From: a virus
Taxonomy: Duplodnaviria; Heunggongvirae; Uroviricota; Caudoviricetes
DNA: 64,000 bases
Virus record (IMG/VR): IMGVR_UViG_3300020042_009419
Span: 22,742-86,741 of that record
Direction: 5' to 3' (one strand)
This document shows, in pieces, positions 26,861 to 36,600 of the stretch. Positions within the stretch are counted from its first letter, which is position 1; the number at the start of each line of letters is the position of its first letter. The notes below the pieces were generated by a model that had not been told where the DNA came from, ran no database searches, and saw only the letters and a program-made list of their open reading frames with translations. A program made the translations under genes and the position numbers.

Positions 26861-26889
26861 TTGACCCTTATTCACCGAAATGCTATAAT
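26861..26889 (+). promoter_or_regulatory. repeated early-promoter module, copy 4
   Basis: TTGACC-17-TATAAT plus ACACACATACACAGCAA. Confidence 0.55.
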
Positions 26890-26919
26890 ACACACATACA
26901 CAGCAAAAAGGAATCCCAA

Positions 26920-27198
26920 ATGAGTTACTACATTATTGCCAAGGCTACTGGACTTATTGTGTCAGATGGCCCAAATCGTACCCGTGCCTACAAGACGTTT
27001 GGATCGGCCTGTGCTACCCGAACTCGTGTTTGCCGCAAAGCAGGTTACACAGTTGATGAACTGGACGTGGTAAACACTCAGACCTACAAGCCACGTCAGG
27101 TCACTCGCAAGAACTTGATGAGTGGTCAAGAGTTCCAAGAGGACGTGAACACACCTTACTTCTGCTCGCCCTCGAGCGAAACTTTCTGGAGCATGTGA
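26920..27198 (+). CDS. hypothetical protein (early cassette 4)
   Basis: The ATG at 26920 follows the AGGAAT leader. The ORF track's 26848 start would lie upstream of the promoter. Confidence 0.45.
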   Translation: MSYYIIAKATGLIVSDGPNRTRAYKTFGSACATRTRVCRKAGYTVDELDVVNTQTYKPRQVTRKNLMSGQEFQEDVNTPYFCSPSSETFWSM

Positions 27199-27199
27199 G

Positions 27200-27355
27200 A
27201 TGAAAAACATTACAAAAATGGCCAATCGTTTGGTCAAGGATTTTAATTATCTAGGGTACGAAGATTTGACCTTAGAAGACTTACGACACATCTCTATTGA
27301 GACTGGAGAAGAGTTTGGGCTAGTGGCAATGGTGATTTATTCAAAGACCTATTGA
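27200..27355 (+). CDS. small hypothetical ORF (51 aa), below the ORF-track threshold
   Basis: ATG 2 nt after the upstream stop. Acidic peptide MKNITKMANRLVKDF... Confidence 0.25.
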   Translation: MKNITKMANRLVKDFNYLGYEDLTLEDLRHISIETGEEFGLVAMVIYSKTY

Positions 27356-27365
27356 AACAAATAGG

Positions 27366-27394
27366 TTGCCCAATATTCACCGAAATGCTATAAT
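27366..27394 (+). promoter_or_regulatory. repeated early-promoter module, copy 5
   Basis: TTGCCC-17-TATAAT plus ACACACATACACAGCAA. Confidence 0.5.
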
Positions 27395-27424
27395 ACACAC
27401 ATACACAGCAAAAAGGAACCCAAA

Positions 27425-27832
27425 ATGGCATACTTCAATCAAGAACGCAAAGCACAACTAGCACCGGCTATCAAGGCCATCCTGAAAAAGTACAAGGTCA
27501 AGGGTTCGCTTGCAGTACGCAATCATTCTAGTTTTGTGCTGAACATCAAGAGTGGTGCCATTGACTTCATTGGCAACTACAACAGCACCGTGGCAGCACA
27601 GCCCGGCGGATTCCGCAACGGCAACCCTGCTGTGAAGTCCCTGGATGTGAATCCCTACTGGTACCAGGAACACTTTGACGGTCGGGCACTGAGCTTCTTC
27701 AAAGAAATCTTTGCTGCAATGAACGTTGGAAATCATGACCGCAGCGACATCCAATCCGACTACTTTGATGTAGGCTGGTATGTTGACGTGAATGTGGGCG
27801 CCTGGAACCAACCATATGAGTTGACAAAATAG
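27425..27832 (+). CDS. hypothetical protein (early cassette 5)
   Basis: RBS AAAGGAA. 135 aa. Confidence 0.45.
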   Translation: MAYFNQERKAQLAPAIKAILKKYKVKGSLAVRNHSSFVLNIKSGAIDFIGNYNSTVAAQPGGFRNGNPAVKSLDVNPYWYQEHFDGRALSFFKEIFAAMNVGNHDRSDIQSDYFDVGWYVDVNVGAWNQPYELTK

Positions 27833-27833
27833 G

Positions 27834-27862
27834 TTGCCCAATATTCACCCAAATGCTATAAT
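27834..27862 (+). promoter_or_regulatory. repeated early-promoter module, copy 6
   Basis: TTGCCC-17-TATAAT plus ACACACATACAGCAA. Confidence 0.5.
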
Positions 27863-27893
27863 ACACACATACAGCAACAAAACGGAGCAAGAT

Positions 27894-28181
27894 ATGAAGA
27901 CTATTCAAGACATCAACTCAGCTATCATCAGTGGCACTTGGACCAACACAGAACTCAGTTCAATGATTGACGCTGTGAAATTTGCCCGTGCGCAACTGGG
28001 CCAGTCAACCAAGCGAAGTCTTGCAGTTGGCGACAATGTGAATTTTGACAGCAATAAACTGGGAAAGAATGTGACCGGAGTGGTCATGAAGATTGCTATC
28101 AAGTATGTCACAGTACGTTCAGTCAGTGGCTTGTGGAGAGTGCCTGCCAACATGTTGACCAAGGTTGGGGAGTACGCATAA
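27894..28181 (+). CDS. hypothetical protein (early cassette 6)
   Basis: ATG at 27894 (MKTIQDIN) lies downstream of the promoter. The ORF track's start falls inside the promoter. Confidence 0.45.
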   Translation: MKTIQDINSAIISGTWTNTELSSMIDAVKFARAQLGQSTKRSLAVGDNVNFDSNKLGKNVTGVVMKIAIKYVTVRSVSGLWRVPANMLTKVGEYA

Positions 28182-28182
28182 C

Positions 28183-28428
28183 ATGACCAATCGCAAAATT
28201 GACTTTTCCCAGTTGGGATTCAATCAGTACCAAGTGGCAGACATGACCATTGTTATGAACTTGAAGACCCCTGAAGAAATTCAGGACTGGATGGTGGCAG
28301 TTGGCGCAGAAGATGTGGCCTATGCTATCAGTTTGCTGGAACAAGCTGCCTTGCTTGAGCTGGACAGTGCAACTGACACCATGAAACGTTTTCCCGAAGC
28401 AATGGCTGCAATCAGAAAGGTAATGTAA
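28183..28428 (+). CDS. hypothetical protein
   Basis: ATG 2 nt after the upstream TAA. The ORF track's 28165 start is a TTG. Confidence 0.4.
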   Translation: MTNRKIDFSQLGFNQYQVADMTIVMNLKTPEEIQDWMVAVGAEDVAYAISLLEQAALLELDSATDTMKRFPEAMAAIRKVM

Positions 28429-28784
28429 TGGGACTGGACATGTATGCTTATGCTGCCGCCAAGGCAGCAACAAATGACGAAACTGGACAGCGTGAAATTG
28501 CTTACTGGCGCAAACATCCTAACCTACATGGCTGGATGGAGCGACTTGCTGAATCAAAAAATCTAGAGTACGACTCATTCAACGGCGTTGAACTAGAACT
28601 CGCCTGGGAGGATCTTGAAGCACTGGAACAGGCAGTTACTCACAAACAATTGCCTGCCACTAGCGGATTCTTTTTTGGGCAGGACAGCGACGACGAATAT
28701 CGAGAAAGTGATCTTGCGTTTGTTCGAGCAGCCAAAGCAGAAGTGTTTTTGGGACTAAAAGTTTTTTATAACAGTAGCTGGTAA
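28428..28784 (+). CDS. hypothetical protein
   Basis: Its ATG shares the A of the upstream TAA (TAATG). Confidence 0.4.
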   Translation: MGLDMYAYAAAKAATNDETGQREIAYWRKHPNLHGWMERLAESKNLEYDSFNGVELELAWEDLEALEQAVTHKQLPATSGFFFGQDSDDEYRESDLAFVRAAKAEVFLGLKVFYNSSW

Positions 28785-29137
28785 TGAATACATTGATTGA
28801 TTTTAGTGAAGCCGAGGATGATTTGAGATACATGGGTATGGAAATCCCATTGCATACCCGCGAAACACTTCAAAACTATTTGATTAAGGGGTTTACGCCA
28901 GGTGGGTTTTGCGAATCAATGTTAGCAAAAGATTACGACCGTGCATTGGCTGTTGCTGATACTGCCAATCGTCAAATGTTTTGGGCTATAGCAACTTGGA
29001 TTAGGGAAAATGCACCCGAAGGAAGTTGGGGTAGTTATGATATAGTCAGTAACTGGTGCAATGATGTTAATGGGTCGCGCACTGAGTTTGCTATTGATGC
29101 TGAAAAAAGATTTGTTTGGAAGATGTTAAAAGAATGA
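28784..29137 (+). CDS. hypothetical protein
   Basis: Its ATG shares the A of the upstream TAA (TAATG). Confidence 0.4.
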   Translation: MNTLIDFSEAEDDLRYMGMEIPLHTRETLQNYLIKGFTPGGFCESMLAKDYDRALAVADTANRQMFWAIATWIRENAPEGSWGSYDIVSNWCNDVNGSRTEFAIDAEKRFVWKMLKE

Positions 29138-29592
29138 AAAAAATCTACTATGAAAAACGTGGTCGCAGATACATTCCTGTGTCTGAGTATGACAACGATC
29201 TTATGGACAGTTTTTCTAAAGGTACTCATCTTGTGATGGTATATCCAGGCGGATCAAGTCGCAGGTACAACGTTGACCCTAACTATGCGGCCATGATTGC
29301 TGCAGGGCGTGTGGCTGAAGATGAGATTCGCAAGGCGCTGAACAAGGCCAGTGAGATGCGACCAGCCCGTACACCAATTACACCTGGACAACAACGAGCC
29401 TGGAAAAAACTGGCCAAGGAGTTTGGTGATGAACTTTGCACACTAAATGGTGCCAGCATTCACGACATTGCCGAAGCAGGTGTTCGTGCCCTGCAGACAG
29501 AAGCAGACAAGTTGATGACACATGCCAGTGTTCGTGCAGCCTATGAACAATTTCTATTAGTATGTGCTTTGGCCCGCCCGCAGGAGAATTAA
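29134..29592 (+). CDS. hypothetical protein
   Basis: ATGA overlap. The track's 29116 start is a TTG. Confidence 0.4.
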   Translation: MKKIYYEKRGRRYIPVSEYDNDLMDSFSKGTHLVMVYPGGSSRRYNVDPNYAAMIAAGRVAEDEIRKALNKASEMRPARTPITPGQQRAWKKLAKEFGDELCTLNGASIHDIAEAGVRALQTEADKLMTHASVRAAYEQFLLVCALARPQEN

Positions 29593-29595
29593 ATA

Positions 29596-30963
29596 ATGCA
29601 TGACATTGACTTTGACAACAATGAGTTTTGGAAACACGTAGTGGTAGCTGACTGGGTTCGCGACCTTGAATCCAGCGACAGTCGTTTGCACAAAGAACGA
29701 GTGATTGAAAAAGCCTTGATGGCTTCAAAATTGGGCAGTGCCGGCGCACAGGGTTTTTTGTTCAACTGCTACCTGGCATACAATCCTTTCTATGTGTACA
29801 ATGTTCGCCAGGTACCGGAGACTGATGGACTAACCGGACAGCCTAATCCGTGGCCTATATTCTGGGGTTTGTGTGAGAATTTGAGAACTCGCGGAATAAC
29901 TGGTCATGCTGCCAGAGACCGCATTGAAGAAGTGAGCGAACTGTTTGACTCTGAGCAGTGGAATGGTCTGTGCCGACGAGTCTTGATCAAGGACCTGCGC
30001 TGCGGCATCAGTGAAAAAACACTCAACAAGGTTCTGGGCAAAACTTCCTGGAAGATCCCCACCTTTACTTGCCAGCTGGCACAGGACTCAACTGATCGTC
30101 CGGCCAAGATGAAAGGTATCAAACGTCTAGAAGTCAAACTGGATGGTGTGCGAGTACTGGCAGTGGTGCAAGGTGCCAGCGTTACCCTGTACAGCCGCAA
30201 TGGCAAGCCGTTTGAAAACTTTCCGCACGTGGCCGAAGCCATTGCTGCCAATCGCAAATCGATCGGTGCATTTGGTGGACGATATGTGCTGGACGGTGAG
30301 ATTGTGGGCGCCAGTTTTCAACAACTCATGCGTCAGGCACAACGCAAAACAGATGCGGATACCACGGACATGGTGTATCATGTGTTTGACATTATTCCAC
30401 TTGACAGTTTTCAAGAAGGACACTATAATGCACAACAGTGCAAGAGACTTGATATTTTAACAGGATCTCGGGCACGATTTGATGCCACAGATTGTCTGCG
30501 TCTCATGGACGGTATCACTGTGGATCTGGACACAGCCGAAGGGCATGACGTCATGAATCGATATGCCCAGGATGCTGTGGCCAACGGATTTGAAGGCATC
30601 ATGATCAAGGATCTCAGCGCACCCTACGAGTGCAAGCGATCTAGCTTTTGGATGAAATGGAAACCCACAATCACAGTTGATCTTAATATTGTGGGCTTTG
30701 AAGAAGGTACCGGTCGCAATGCGGGCCGGTTGGGTGCTATAATTTGTGAAGGTGAAGATAATGAACGAAATATTCTTGTCAATGTTGGGACTGGCTTGTC
30801 TGATAGCAATCGTGATGAGTATTGGGCCGCAAGGGGTCAACTACTTGGTCGGGTTATTGAAGTCGAAGCAGACGCAGTCACCCAAAATCAAGACGGATCA
30901 TACAGTCTGAGATTTCCGCGCTTTGTACGCTTTCGTGGATTTGAAGCAGGAGAAAAACTGTGA
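29596..30963 (+). CDS. ATP-dependent DNA ligase
   Basis: Motif I KLDGVR (VKLDGVRVLAVV), motif III YVLDGEIV. RBS AGGAG. Confidence 0.8.
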   Translation: MHDIDFDNNEFWKHVVVADWVRDLESSDSRLHKERVIEKALMASKLGSAGAQGFLFNCYLAYNPFYVYNVRQVPETDGLTGQPNPWPIFWGLCENLRTRGITGHAARDRIEEVSELFDSEQWNGLCRRVLIKDLRCGISEKTLNKVLGKTSWKIPTFTCQLAQDSTDRPAKMKGIKRLEVKLDGVRVLAVVQGASVTLYSRNGKPFENFPHVAEAIAANRKSIGAFGGRYVLDGEIVGASFQQLMRQAQRKTDADTTDMVYHVFDIIPLDSFQEGHYNAQQCKRLDILTGSRARFDATDCLRLMDGITVDLDTAEGHDVMNRYAQDAVANGFEGIMIKDLSAPYECKRSSFWMKWKPTITVDLNIVGFEEGTGRNAGRLGAIICEGEDNERNILVNVGTGLSDSNRDEYWAARGQLLGRVIEVEADAVTQNQDGSYSLRFPRFVRFRGFEAGEKL

Positions 30964-31160
30964 CAGAAATCAGCAGGGTAACTGCACAAAATGCAGAAGT
31001 GTATCGGCAGATGGAAATTAAAAAAGTGGACAAGCGTCACGAAGAACTTAGACTAGAAGAACGACGGGTACAGGCCGACGCCAAAGTTGATGAACAAGCA
31101 AGAATTGAAATGAATCGTAGAATGAACCGTGCAGGACAAAACATAGACAGGATGGCCTAG
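30960..31160 (+). CDS. hypothetical coiled-coil protein
   Basis: GTG start overlapping the ligase stop (GTGA). Confidence 0.3.
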   Translation: MTEISRVTAQNAEVYRQMEIKKVDKRHEELRLEERRVQADAKVDEQARIEMNRRMNRAGQNIDRMA

Positions 31161-31171
31161 CCGGGTCAATC

Positions 31172-31414
31172 ATGAGTAGTAATTTTAACCAGGAGAAAAT
31201 GATGGCAACAGCAAAAACAGTAAACCGACTCGGCGACAAGCTGACCAAGATAAATGAATCATACACAGTGAATCGTTACGACAACGGTTTCATGATAGAG
31301 GCAGGCGGGCGCAACAAAAAGGGTGACTATGTCACTGCCAAGATCTTGTGCAACACACTGGATGAAGTTCTGGCTCTTGTGAAAGAAGCCGGCGAAATGG
31401 ATCTGGACGTTTAA
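31172..31414 (+). CDS. hypothetical protein
   Basis: 80-aa ORF. Confidence 0.35.
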   Translation: MSSNFNQEKMMATAKTVNRLGDKLTKINESYTVNRYDNGFMIEAGGRNKKGDYVTAKILCNTLDEVLALVKEAGEMDLDV

Positions 31415-31418
31415 TATC

Positions 31419-31595
31419 ATGATTAAACTTTGGTTGGCGTTTGCTATTATTGCTGTTCTCATACACTTCGGCATCACTGCTGTTAGAAAGATGGACGGCA
31501 AGGAACAATTGGCCTTGACAAAAAGTATAGGTTACAGTATACTTGTGTCACTGGCAGTGGTAATGGTAATGACAGTGCTTGTAATTTTATTTTAA
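31419..31595 (+). CDS. small two-transmembrane-helix membrane protein (58 aa), below the ORF-track threshold
   Basis: MIKLWLAFAIIAVLIHFG...LVSLAVVMVMTVLVILF. Fills the gap before the lipoprotein gene. Confidence 0.3.
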   Translation: MIKLWLAFAIIAVLIHFGITAVRKMDGKEQLALTKSIGYSILVSLAVVMVMTVLVILF

Positions 31596-31604
31596 GGAAA
31601 CACA

Positions 31605-32408
31605 ATGAAGCGTATTTTAACTCTCTCTATCTTGGCTGCTGCTGTGCTGGCAACAGGTTGTACTCGTATTGAAACTGGTGAAGTTGGTGTGCGAGTTGGA
31701 TTTGATAAACAGGTCCAGAGTGGTGAACTACTTCCTGGGTCGTTCAATCAATCCATCATTGGTGAGGTTCTTACGTTCCCCATCAAGGATGTGAACGTGG
31801 TGTTGGAGAATATGACTCCTGTTGCCCGAGACAACAGCACCATGAAAGACTTTGATGCAGTGGTTGTTTACAACATCAACCCACAACAAGTAAGTGAATT
31901 GTATGCAACCAAGAATAGGAGCTTCCACGCTGAGTTCAAAGGTGATACCTATGTGATGTACAATTACATTGTGCAGAATGCTCGTAACGCTATCTACAAG
32001 GCCTCTCGCAAGTATGAGGCCCTGGACATGGCAGATGCCCGTAGCGACATGGAAACCTTTATCAAGGAAGAAATTGTTCGTAATCTTGCCGAAGAAAAGT
32101 TAGACGGTAGTATCAGTATTAGTCAAGTGCTAATCCGTAACATTGTGCCAGCTGACTCAGTTGTGGCCAGTGCCAACGAATTGGTCAAGGCCAAGAACGA
32201 GTTCAAGACTGAAGAAGTCAAAGTGGCCACTGCTCGCAAGCGTAACGAGTCAATGCAGGCCAACCCAATGGCAATTCCCTTGCTGATGGCCGAAGCTCAA
32301 GCAGATGCCATGCGTAAGTTGCCAGATGCTATTGCCAACTTTAAAGGTCAAACCTTGGTCATCAACGGTGTTGTGACTCCCACAGTGCAGACCAACAACG
32401 CAAAATAA
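31605..32408 (+). CDS. SPFH/band-7 domain lipoprotein
   Basis: Lipobox LATGC after the signal peptide. The body resembles the SPFH fold (GEVGVRVGF...FPIKDVNVVLENMTPVARDNSTMKDFDAVVVYNI). Confidence 0.6.
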   Translation: MKRILTLSILAAAVLATGCTRIETGEVGVRVGFDKQVQSGELLPGSFNQSIIGEVLTFPIKDVNVVLENMTPVARDNSTMKDFDAVVVYNINPQQVSELYATKNRSFHAEFKGDTYVMYNYIVQNARNAIYKASRKYEALDMADARSDMETFIKEEIVRNLAEEKLDGSISISQVLIRNIVPADSVVASANELVKAKNEFKTEEVKVATARKRNESMQANPMAIPLLMAEAQADAMRKLPDAIANFKGQTLVINGVVTPTVQTNNAK

Positions 32409-32423
32409 CCCAAAGGAACTATC

Positions 32424-33107
32424 ATGGCAGTCTGGAGATTATCAACACATTACAAAAAATCAGCTGTTGAAAAACAGCTCTGGTACAAGGATGGTGTGAC
32501 AATCAGCAAGGAAGAAGGTTATCGTTGGGGCACGTTCTATTGCGAAAGTGATGAAATGCCCGCGGTTGATCTGGCCAACCCAGACGGCTATGAACTCTAC
32601 GGCTATGATTGGGAACTGGACAGCCTGGATGATGGCTGCTGGAGTGATTGGACATTTCCTGAAGACATGAGTGAGGCGGAACGTGAGCAGATCGAAGCTG
32701 CCTGGGACGAAGATTTCTCAGATGGACTCGAAGCACTGGGCTGGAGTCACGATGATACTGAATACTGGTTCCATGGTCCCTTGCTTATGACCAATGAAAC
32801 AACTGGTGAAGTATTTTCAGGCATGGCAGAAGAATCACAAGAAAAAACTGATCAACAGTTGGCAGCAGAGCTTGATGAATTGATTGCCGAAATGCCAGGT
32901 GTTCCGGACTATGCTGTGAAAACACCTGCGGTGACTGAGTGGTATGATAGTGATACTCTTCCTGCGCGAACAGGCAGTTATGAAGTTATCACAATGACCT
33001 GGCCGTTTATGCTGTTTGCTGACTGGAATGGGCGAGCCTGGCAGCGAGAAGGCGTTGCAATCAACCCCTCAGCCTGGCGTGGACTGGCCGAGGATCCTGC
33101 CAAATAA
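32424..33107 (+). CDS. hypothetical acidic Trp-rich protein
   Basis: 227-aa ORF. Confidence 0.4.
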   Translation: MAVWRLSTHYKKSAVEKQLWYKDGVTISKEEGYRWGTFYCESDEMPAVDLANPDGYELYGYDWELDSLDDGCWSDWTFPEDMSEAEREQIEAAWDEDFSDGLEALGWSHDDTEYWFHGPLLMTNETTGEVFSGMAEESQEKTDQQLAAELDELIAEMPGVPDYAVKTPAVTEWYDSDTLPARTGSYEVITMTWPFMLFADWNGRAWQREGVAINPSAWRGLAEDPAK

Positions 33108-33108
33108 T

Positions 33109-33137
33109 TTGACAACAGTCCATAGTGTCTGTATAAT
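33109..33137 (+). promoter_or_regulatory. consensus sigma70 promoter (TTGACA-17-TATAAT) followed by a leader of about 175 nt
   Basis: Perfect hexamers with a 17-bp spacer. The next ATG is at 33313/33319. Confidence 0.5.
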
Positions 33138-33318
33138 TACTGTGCATGACCAAGGAGATGGTGCTGTTCGATAGTGCGGTGGAATTCCTAGGCCCACTGC
33201 TACTGTGGCATGTGAACATAAGTCACGTAGGTTGAGACACTGTCCTTGAATAAAATCAAAACCCGGCTGGTACCTGGGGGTATGCCAATAAGGAATAACA
33301 CAGTGAAAGGATATGTAT

Positions 33319-33630
33319 ATGTCTGTTGAAATTGGGGCCGCTGCGTCGAGCATGTCCGAGTCACTCAGCTCTCTTGAATCAACGCCCTTGGTCATGCACC
33401 GTATTTGGTTTGATATCTCCAGCACCGACGTCTGGTACTCAATCCAGCGTGAAGCAAAAACACTCTATGGCACAGGTTGGAAAAGCCAGTCACGAGTCAA
33501 GCGCAAACTAGACAACATCTGGGGCAATCAAACATCCTATCCAGTTTGGTTTGATGTGCCCGAACAGTCTTTTGCATCCTGGATCTCGGTAAAGTACGCT
33601 GTGAGTGCCAAGATAAAATCCGGTAAATAG
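33319..33630 (+). CDS. hypothetical protein
   Basis: An AAGGA RBS sits 8 nt upstream of the ATG at 33319. Confidence 0.4.
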   Translation: MSVEIGAAASSMSESLSSLESTPLVMHRIWFDISSTDVWYSIQREAKTLYGTGWKSQSRVKRKLDNIWGNQTSYPVWFDVPEQSFASWISVKYAVSAKIKSGK

Positions 33631-33634
33631 TCTT

Positions 33635-35059
33635 ATGTTTCTTAGTCTTATAACTCTAGCTGTGGCCCTGAGTCTCAGTGTTATTGCTGCCTACTACAGC
33701 ATTGCCGGCCTGGCAGCTATATTTGCAGCAGCCGTAATACCCATCATGATCATGGGATCCATCCTGGAATTGGCCAAGGTGGTTGTGACCATATGGCTGC
33801 ACGAGTACTGGACACGAGCCAGATGGTTGATGAAAATATACCTGGTGTCTGCTGTGATCATGCTGATGCTGATCACCAGCATGGGCATATTTGGCTTCTT
33901 GTCAAAAGCACACAGTGATCAGAGTCTTGTGAGTGGCGACAGTCAGGCCAAGGTATCAATCTTCGATGAAAAAATTCGAACAGCCAAAGACAACATTGAC
34001 GCCAGTCGCCGGGCACTGAAACAGATGGATGAAGCTGTGGACCAGGTCATGGGCCGCAGTGCCGATGAAAAAGGTGCTGACAAAGCTGTCCAAATCCGCA
34101 GATCTCAAAATAAAGAACGTGCTCGTCTCATAGCCGAAATTGACACTGAACAGAAAACCGTGGCCAAGCTGAACGAAGAAGCAGCACCACTCCGAGCAGA
34201 GTTTCGCAAGATCGAAGCTGAAGTAGGTCCTATCAAGTACATTGCTGCCCTGATCTACGGCGACAATCCCGATGCCAACATTCTGGAACGTGCAGTACGT
34301 TGGGTGATCATGTTGCTGGTTTGTGTATTTGATCCCTTGGCTATCATGATGTTGTTGGCATCTACAGAAAGTCTCAAGTGGGCTCGTGAAGGTCGAACCA
34401 GTCGAGTGCCCGAACCTGATACACCAGCATACGAACCTGATGATGGTCCTATAGATCCAGAAGTACTGGAACAGCTACGTGCCAGAGCACAACAAGACTT
34501 GCCCACTGGCGAACTTGTGAGCCGACAAGAATTATTTCCTGAGAACCCGCACCCGCCTGGTTGGATGTTTGAGACCGACCCACCTCCTGTGCCACAAACA
34601 GCAGTAGAAGCAATACCGCCCGAGCTGGACGATGACTCGGACGAAGTTGAGCAAGAGTCATCAGACGAAATCAAAGCAGCAATGACTCGTTGGAAAGAGC
34701 AGCATCCTGGAGATACCTTGAAGAATCAAAGATATCTACTGAATCGTGGCACAATTGATCAGTTGCCGTGGTTGCTGCCGTCTACCAATCAATCAGGATT
34801 TGGCACAGAGTTTCCGCAGAATCCTCACAAGGGTGACACGTTTGTGCGTACTGACCGCACACCAAATCAGGTGTACAAGTTCAACAGTGTTGACTGGATA
34901 CAGGTTGACAAATCAGTGTCAGACAGTTACACTTACAACACGGCCTACATTGATCATCTGATTGAAAAAATCTCTCAAGGTGAGTATGACCCAGACTTAC
35001 TGAGCAACAGCGAACAAGAGCAAGTGGAACAACGACTGCAAAACACAACCAATAAATGA
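33635..35059 (+). CDS. integral membrane protein with N-terminal TM helices, a central coiled coil and an acidic C-terminal domain
   Basis: Four hydrophobic segments in the first 130 aa. Confidence 0.45.
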   Translation: MFLSLITLAVALSLSVIAAYYSIAGLAAIFAAAVIPIMIMGSILELAKVVVTIWLHEYWTRARWLMKIYLVSAVIMLMLITSMGIFGFLSKAHSDQSLVSGDSQAKVSIFDEKIRTAKDNIDASRRALKQMDEAVDQVMGRSADEKGADKAVQIRRSQNKERARLIAEIDTEQKTVAKLNEEAAPLRAEFRKIEAEVGPIKYIAALIYGDNPDANILERAVRWVIMLLVCVFDPLAIMMLLASTESLKWAREGRTSRVPEPDTPAYEPDDGPIDPEVLEQLRARAQQDLPTGELVSRQELFPENPHPPGWMFETDPPPVPQTAVEAIPPELDDDSDEVEQESSDEIKAAMTRWKEQHPGDTLKNQRYLLNRGTIDQLPWLLPSTNQSGFGTEFPQNPHKGDTFVRTDRTPNQVYKFNSVDWIQVDKSVSDSYTYNTAYIDHLIEKISQGEYDPDLLSNSEQEQVEQRLQNTTNK

Positions 35060-36255
35060 AAACACCCGAACTAACAAACACCTGTAGCTTTTGCGGCAAA
35101 CATAAAGATGTTGTGACCAAACTGATAGTCAGTGACGACGTGGCCATCTGCAACGATTGTGTGGACCTGTGCCAGACTCTACTGACTGATGAAAAACCAG
35201 CGGTAGTGCCCACAGCCACTCTGGATCCATTTGAAATAAAAAAGCATCTTGATCAGTTTGTAATCGGGCAACATCGTGCCAAACAGGTACTGAGCGTGGC
35301 CATTGTAAATCATTACAAGCGTGTGGGCAATCAAGATCCCAATGTAGAAATTGAAAAGACCAATATTCTTATGCTTGGTCCCACAGGATCGGGCAAGACC
35401 TTGCTGGCCAGAAGTGTGGCACGATATCTTGACGTTCCATTTGTGATTGCCGATGCCACCAGCCTAACTGAAGCCGGCTATGTAGGCGATGACGTGGAAA
35501 GTCTAATCAGTAGACTGTTTGCTGCCAGTGGCAACGATGTTGAAAAAACTCAGCGTGGCATTGTGTTTATTGATGAGATTGACAAGATCAGTCGCAAAAG
35601 CGAGAGTGCCAGTATCACCCGTGACGTGTCAGGAGAAGGTGTGCAACAGGCCCTGCTCAAGCTGGTAGAAGGCACCAAGTGTAGGATCACTCCACAAGGT
35701 GGACGCAAGCATCCGTCAGGTGACACTGTGGAAATTGACACTCGCAACATTTTGTTCATTGCAGGTGGTGCATTTGTGGGCATGGAAGCAGTGATCAAGA
35801 GTCGTGTGAAGGGCACCTCAATTGGATTTGGCGCACAAGTTGGCACCGAAGAAGTATCCACTCTGGATCAAGTCACCCCAGACGACCTTGTGCGATTTGG
35901 TATGATTCCTGAATTTGTGGGACGCTTCCAAAGCTGGGTGGCACTGAATGAACTCAGCAAAGATGACCTGATCCGTATTCTAACTGAAATCAAATACAGC
36001 TACATCAGTCAGTATCACTGGTTGTTTGAACAAGATTCAGTAGAGCTCAACTTCACCACTGCAAGCCTGGAACTGATTGCTGAACGCACCATGAAAAACA
36101 AAACTGGAGCACGTGGCCTGCACAGCGAACTAGAGCGTGTGTTGCTGCCACACATGTTTCATCTTGCACAGTATCGCAAACAAGGCATCACTGTGGTGGA
36201 CATCGACACGGATCAAGTGCTGGATCCGGTGGAGCTCCAGGTCGTAAACAGCTAA
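35056..36255 (+). CDS. clpX: ATP-dependent Clp protease ATP-binding subunit ClpX
   Basis: Zinc-binding N-domain CSFCGK...CNDCVDLC, Walker [12 protein letters not shown], and near-identity to E. coli ClpX motifs ([30 protein letters not shown]). Confidence 0.9.
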   Translation: MKTPELTNTCSFCGKHKDVVTKLIVSDDVAICNDCVDLCQTLLTDEKPAVVPTATLDPFEIKKHLDQFVIGQHRAKQVLSVAIVNHYKRVGNQDPNVEIEKTNILMLGPTGSGKTLLARSVARYLDVPFVIADATSLTEAGYVGDDVESLISRLFAASGNDVEKTQRGIVFIDEIDKISRKSESASITRDVSGEGVQQALLKLVEGTKCRITPQGGRKHPSGDTVEIDTRNILFIAGGAFVGMEAVIKSRVKGTSIGFGAQVGTEEVSTLDQVTPDDLVRFGMIPEFVGRFQSWVALNELSKDDLIRILTEIKYSYISQYHWLFEQDSVELNFTTASLELIAERTMKNKTGARGLHSELERVLLPHMFHLAQYRKQGITVVDIDTDQVLDPVELQVVNS

Positions 36256-36256
36256 A

Positions 36257-36517
36257 ATGTATATTGAATTTACATGGCCAAAGGGTGGTGGCGGTCAGAC
36301 GGCAGCACATGCATTGGGCACAATTTCTAAAAAACTGGCCACCTGGGCAGACAAATACAATGTCGAGTACAAGACAAAAACAATCAAATACAATCTACGA
36401 GTAACTTTTGATTTGGACGAGTATTACACATTGTTTGGGCTGACCTGGGTTCTGGACCCAAAGTACCCAAGCTGGACAAATTACCGCTTGATATCTGATC
36501 TAAATAACAAAATATAA
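36257..36517 (+). CDS. hypothetical protein
   Basis: 86-aa ORF. Confidence 0.4.
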   Translation: MYIEFTWPKGGGGQTAAHALGTISKKLATWADKYNVEYKTKTIKYNLRVTFDLDEYYTLFGLTWVLDPKYPSWTNYRLISDLNNKI

Positions 36518-36600
36518 TTCAGATTTGTAGTATAATAAATACTGCTGTAGATGCCCATGGTGGGGTCTACACTAGTCATCTTGCTTAATAGGAGAAAAAT

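Noticed and set aside
33158-33238. 26-codon ORF (MVLFDSAVEFLGPLLLWHVNISHVG) in the long leader after the 33109 promoter.
   Set aside because: The AAGGAG directly abuts the ATG with no spacer, so efficient initiation is unlikely. Treated as part of a non-coding leader.
36518-36600. Possible sigma32 heat-shock promoter upstream of hsp20 (GATGCCCATGG resembles the CCCCATnT -10 box).
   Set aside because: No TTGAAA-like -35 at the right spacing. TAGTATAAT nearby is as plausible a sigma70 -10 box. Too ambiguous to call.
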